This document shows, in pieces, positions 23,233-26,125 of a DNA stretch of 26,125 nucleotides. The notes under the pieces were generated by a model. The model was not told the origin of the DNA and searched no databases. It worked only from the letters and a program-made list of their open reading frames with translations. Where the stretch lies: positions 1 through 26,125 of the IMG/VR virus record IMGVR_UViG_3300037797_000054, one strand, 5' to 3'. Every line of letters begins with the position of its first letter. Position 1 is the first letter of the stretch. This DNA is from a virus (taxonomy: Duplodnaviria; Caudoviricetes). The position numbers and the translations under genes were made by a program.

Positions 23233-24473
23233 GATCGGCCACCTCCTGTCAACGCCTCGGCCGACTCCGTACCGGTCAACCGCTCCATCTTCTGCCATTG
23301 CTCAACGGTCAACACGCCGGCCTCGAAGAGCTTCGCATTTGCCTCAGTCCGATCCTTCAATCCAGGTCGCGTGTACTCGTCACGGTTCAGCTCGGCGGCC
23401 TGGCCGCGCGGCAAGGACCAACCGGACAGCGCCGACATGACGTCCGCGGCAACCGCCTTCAGGAACGAGCGGTCATGGAAGTCGAACAGGCTGGTGGCGT
23501 TCGCGTAGGTGTCCGTGTCGCCGCCGGACAGGCCGACCAGGAATGGCGGAACCCCCAGTTTGACCGCAATCCGAGCCTCGGTGAACTGTGCGATCTCCAG
23601 CATCGCCATGTCCTTCGGGGACATCTGGTGCGGCACGGCCTTGACGCCGGTGTGCAGTACCGCCGGCTTGCCCAGGTTGCCCATCCGCGCGGCCCACCAC
23701 TGCTCGCGCATGTCGTCGGCCTCGTCCTTGGTCAGCTTGAACTCGGTCTCGAGCGTCAGGTACGGAACCCCGCCGCCTTTGACCAGCTCGCCGACGTAGG
23801 TCGTCAACACGGCCGCCGCGGTCATCCGTGCGCCGGAGGACTCCAACGGGCCGACACCGCGGGCGGAATCCGTCGTCGACTTATACCGGATATGCAGGAT
23901 GTCTTTGGTGACATCCATCTGCCCGATCTTGTACGAGCGGGTGCCGCCGTCCATCTCCACGTTCACCAACCACGGCGGGATCACCCGGAAGCTGTGCGGG
24001 AACCCGTCAGCCGCCCTAGCCATCGGCAGAATGAAGCACTCGCCGAGTTGATAGTCCCAGAACAGCTGCTTAGCGAACTCGTTCCAGTTCTGATAGATCG
24101 TCGGGTCCGGGTTCATCATCCACTGCGGCGGCGGCAACACCTGGCCGTCGCGGACACGGTATGGCGGCATCGCCGACAGAATCCGTGAGTTCAGATCCAG
24201 GCACGCCCACGCCGTGTCCACCAACTGCCCGAACTGCGGGCCGAACTGCGTCCACTGGGTTGACCACTCCGCCGGCCAGCCTGAATGCGGCGACGGCGAG
24301 AAGGACGCGAACGATCGCGGCTCGACCTCAGGGAAATCGAACACAAGCCCGTCAGGATCGCCCGGGTTCCAATCCGGCTCCCCAACGGTGCCCGGAGGCG
24401 GCGCAGGGTCGTTCGAGTTAGCAGTCACACCCTCGTGATTCACTTCACCGAGCAGCCACGACATGAACCCCAC
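23229..24473 (-). CDS. Portal protein, HK97 family, 414 aa
   Basis: TAWACLDLNS.ILSAMP, NPDP, LGECFI, ILHIR, GVGPLE, IAVKLGVPPFLVG; SD GAGGAGGTG. Confidence 0.95.
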   Translation of the reverse strand: MGFMSWLLGEVNHEGVTANSNDPAPPPGTVGEPDWNPGDPDGLVFDFPEVEPRSFASFSPSPHSGWPAEWSTQWTQFGPQFGQLVDTAWACLDLNSRILSAMPPYRVRDGQVLPPPQWMMNPDPTIYQNWNEFAKQLFWDYQLGECFILPMARAADGFPHSFRVIPPWLVNVEMDGGTRSYKIGQMDVTKDILHIRYKSTTDSARGVGPLESSGARMTAAAVLTTYVGELVKGGGVPYLTLETEFKLTKDEADDMREQWWAARMGNLGKPAVLHTGVKAVPHQMSPKDMAMLEIAQFTEARIAVKLGVPPFLVGLSGGDTDTYANATSLFDFHDRSFLKAVAADVMSALSGWSLPRGQAAELNRDEYTRPGLKDRTEANAKLFEAGVLTVEQWQKMERLTGTESAEALTGGGRS

Positions 24474-24486
24474 GCGTCACACCTCC

Positions 24487-25932
24487 TCACCAGATACCGG
24501 GCTTGTCACGTTTCATCACGCCGGACAGTGCTGACGTCGCCGCGGCCAACGGGGAAATGTCCGTCACGCCCAACCGGACCCACACCCAACCGCCGTCCTG
24601 ACCCACATCGCGGCGACCAGCAGCCGCCACCGAACGGTTCATCGTCCGCTGATCGATGTGACGCAGCACCCGGTTCTTAACCGCGTCCAGGAACTCGCCA
24701 CACGCCTGCTGGTACTCCCGGCCGGTCACCTGAACCACGTCCACATCGGCCTCGGTCAACCGGCGGATGAAAGCACCCTCCGGACCGGCCGGATTGATCC
24801 GGATCGGGAGCCGTTTCCGCTGAAACAGCTCGATCAGGTACGGAACGATCCAATCCGTACCCTCACCCCACCGAACCGTGTCCACATGCAGTAAGCCGTC
24901 AACGCGGCGCCCCGACGAAGACACCGCCGCCGCTACGCCGTCCGGGGCCACCGCCAGCCCGTAGGCCACCGAGCTCGGGGTTGGTGTGCTCGCCGAATCC
25001 ACCAGATCCAGCCACGTGTCGTAAGGCACCACACCCGACTCGCCGTCGTCGGCCGGATCCCACACGCACAGATGCTCACGGGCGAAATACCGCGGCCCCA
25101 GCACACCCAGCTGCTCGGCCAGGAACTCAGCCGAGATCCGCTCCGGGAACGCCGGATTAGCCCTCGCCCACGCCTCCCGGTCGCTCACATCCGGCGGCGT
25201 GGACACCACCCGGCCGTCACGGTTCAACTCGACCTTCTCAGCCGAATGCTCCAGCCACGCGAAGTCACCACCGTCGCCGGCCAGTGCCCGCTTCCGCAGA
25301 CCCCACCAAAACACCGACTTGGCCTCAATGCCGGCCGACCCGGTGAAGTTCGTCTGCGGGTTCGGGTTGACCGCCAGGATTGGCGTCGATGACGCCAACT
25401 GCTCCGGCTGCGCATGCTGCGCCTCATCCACCACCAGCCGGGCGATGTCGTCCAAGCCACGGCCGCCGCCAGCCGTCCGCGTCCGGTAGGCGACGATCCC
25501 GCCGTTCAGCATCTCGACCGACTGGTCACCGTTCGCGTAACGAACCTGCTTCAACTTGCGGCGCAGATCCGCATGGCCCTGGATCAGACCGACAAGCCGC
25601 ATATGCGCGCTCTTCGCCGTCGGGATCTCATGCGCCGAGTGGACGATCGGGGCGCCACGCTGGGTCAGATCCCAGAACTCGACGACCTCGATCTCGTCGC
25701 CCTTGCCGTTCTGCCGGGAGACTGCGCGGCCCGTCGTACGAGCCGCCCACATGCCGTCAGGCTTAACAGCCATCATGTGCTCGACGGCCAGGCGCTGCAC
25801 GTCGTCTAGCTGCTTACCGCTGTAGAACTCCCACAGCTCGATCGCAGCGTGCGCGTCATCCAGACTTACGGCGCCGGGAGGGTGGACGACCAGCGCCGGA
25901 CCCGGCTCTGCGTTCAGCCAACTGATCGACAA
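24487..25932 (-). CDS. terL: Terminase large subunit, 481 aa
   Basis: Walker A VSRQNGKG, Walker B LVVDEAQ, TGSAG coupling motif, WARANPA, FAREHL; TTG start after GGAGGAGGT. Confidence 0.95.
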   Translation of the reverse strand: MSISWLNAEPGPALVVHPPGAVSLDDAHAAIELWEFYSGKQLDDVQRLAVEHMMAVKPDGMWAARTTGRAVSRQNGKGDEIEVVEFWDLTQRGAPIVHSAHEIPTAKSAHMRLVGLIQGHADLRRKLKQVRYANGDQSVEMLNGGIVAYRTRTAGGGRGLDDIARLVVDEAQHAQPEQLASSTPILAVNPNPQTNFTGSAGIEAKSVFWWGLRKRALAGDGGDFAWLEHSAEKVELNRDGRVVSTPPDVSDREAWARANPAFPERISAEFLAEQLGVLGPRYFAREHLCVWDPADDGESGVVPYDTWLDLVDSASTPTPSSVAYGLAVAPDGVAAAVSSSGRRVDGLLHVDTVRWGEGTDWIVPYLIELFQRKRLPIRINPAGPEGAFIRRLTEADVDVVQVTGREYQQACGEFLDAVKNRVLRHIDQRTMNRSVAAAGRRDVGQDGGWVWVRLGVTDISPLAAATSALSGVMKRDKPGIW

Positions 25933-26083
25933 GAGCCACCTCCTCCGGGATTTCCAGCCGCTCCAACTCCGCCGAGATCAGACGACGCTCACGGGCGATG
26001 GCGGCGGCGGCGGAACCCACGGCCTCAGCCAGCTTCCGGCCCAGCGACTCGTAATCGGCTCGAAGATCAGCCGCACGATCCAT
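25856..26083 (-). CDS. terS: Putative terminase small subunit, 75 aa
   Basis: Helical AAIARERRLISAELERL...VDQLAERRA pattern; overlaps the terL start; SD GGAGG. Confidence 0.75.
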   Translation of the reverse strand: MDRAADLRADYESLGRKLAEAVGSAAAAIARERRLISAELERLEIPEEVALVDQLAERRAGSGAGRPPSRRRKSG

Positions 26084-26125
26084 AGGGAGGCCTCCCTGGG
26101 AAATCAGCTGGGAGAGAAGAGCCAG

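Larger units (their letters stand above)
1..26125. mobile_element. Temperate siphovirus/prophage region (structural, lysis and accessory arms), likely actinobacterial host
   Basis: Canonical terminase-portal-protease-capsid-connector-tail-TMP order; high GC; Ltp-type and DUF6221-like accessory genes. Ends and att sites are not visible. Confidence 0.95.

Noticed and set aside
26084-26125. Possible cos/packaging site upstream of terS
   Set aside because: The position is plausible, but the window ends and no diagnostic sequence is visible; read-end data would be needed.

Overview
This window is the morphogenesis arm of a high-GC (probably actinobacterial) temperate siphovirus or prophage. The minus strand, read right to left, carries: small and large terminase, HK97-type portal, prohead protease, major capsid, two small capsid-linked ORFs, head-tail adaptor and stopper, a displaced MuF-like minor head gene, neck protein, tail terminator, major tail protein, tail chaperone with a -1 frameshift, tape measure protein with a C-terminal M23 peptidase, and two minor tail proteins. 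Next comes a multi-gene lysis cassette (amidase endolysin, several membrane proteins, a membrane-anchored collagen-like protein, r1t holin). After the holin is a second, translationally coupled virion-appendage-like module: a 129-aa LHTGDPG protein, an 8-Cys protein, a 1155-aa repeat scaffold carrying a PhoD/purple-acid-phosphatase-like domain, and two small proteins. The arm ends with a small secreted-peptide gene. The left 2.2 kb is a convergent plus-strand accessory block with an Ltp-type superinfection-exclusion lipoprotein and a DUF6221-like gene. No integrase, repressor, tRNA or CRISPR array is visible. All family calls come from motif recognition by eye; no database search was run.
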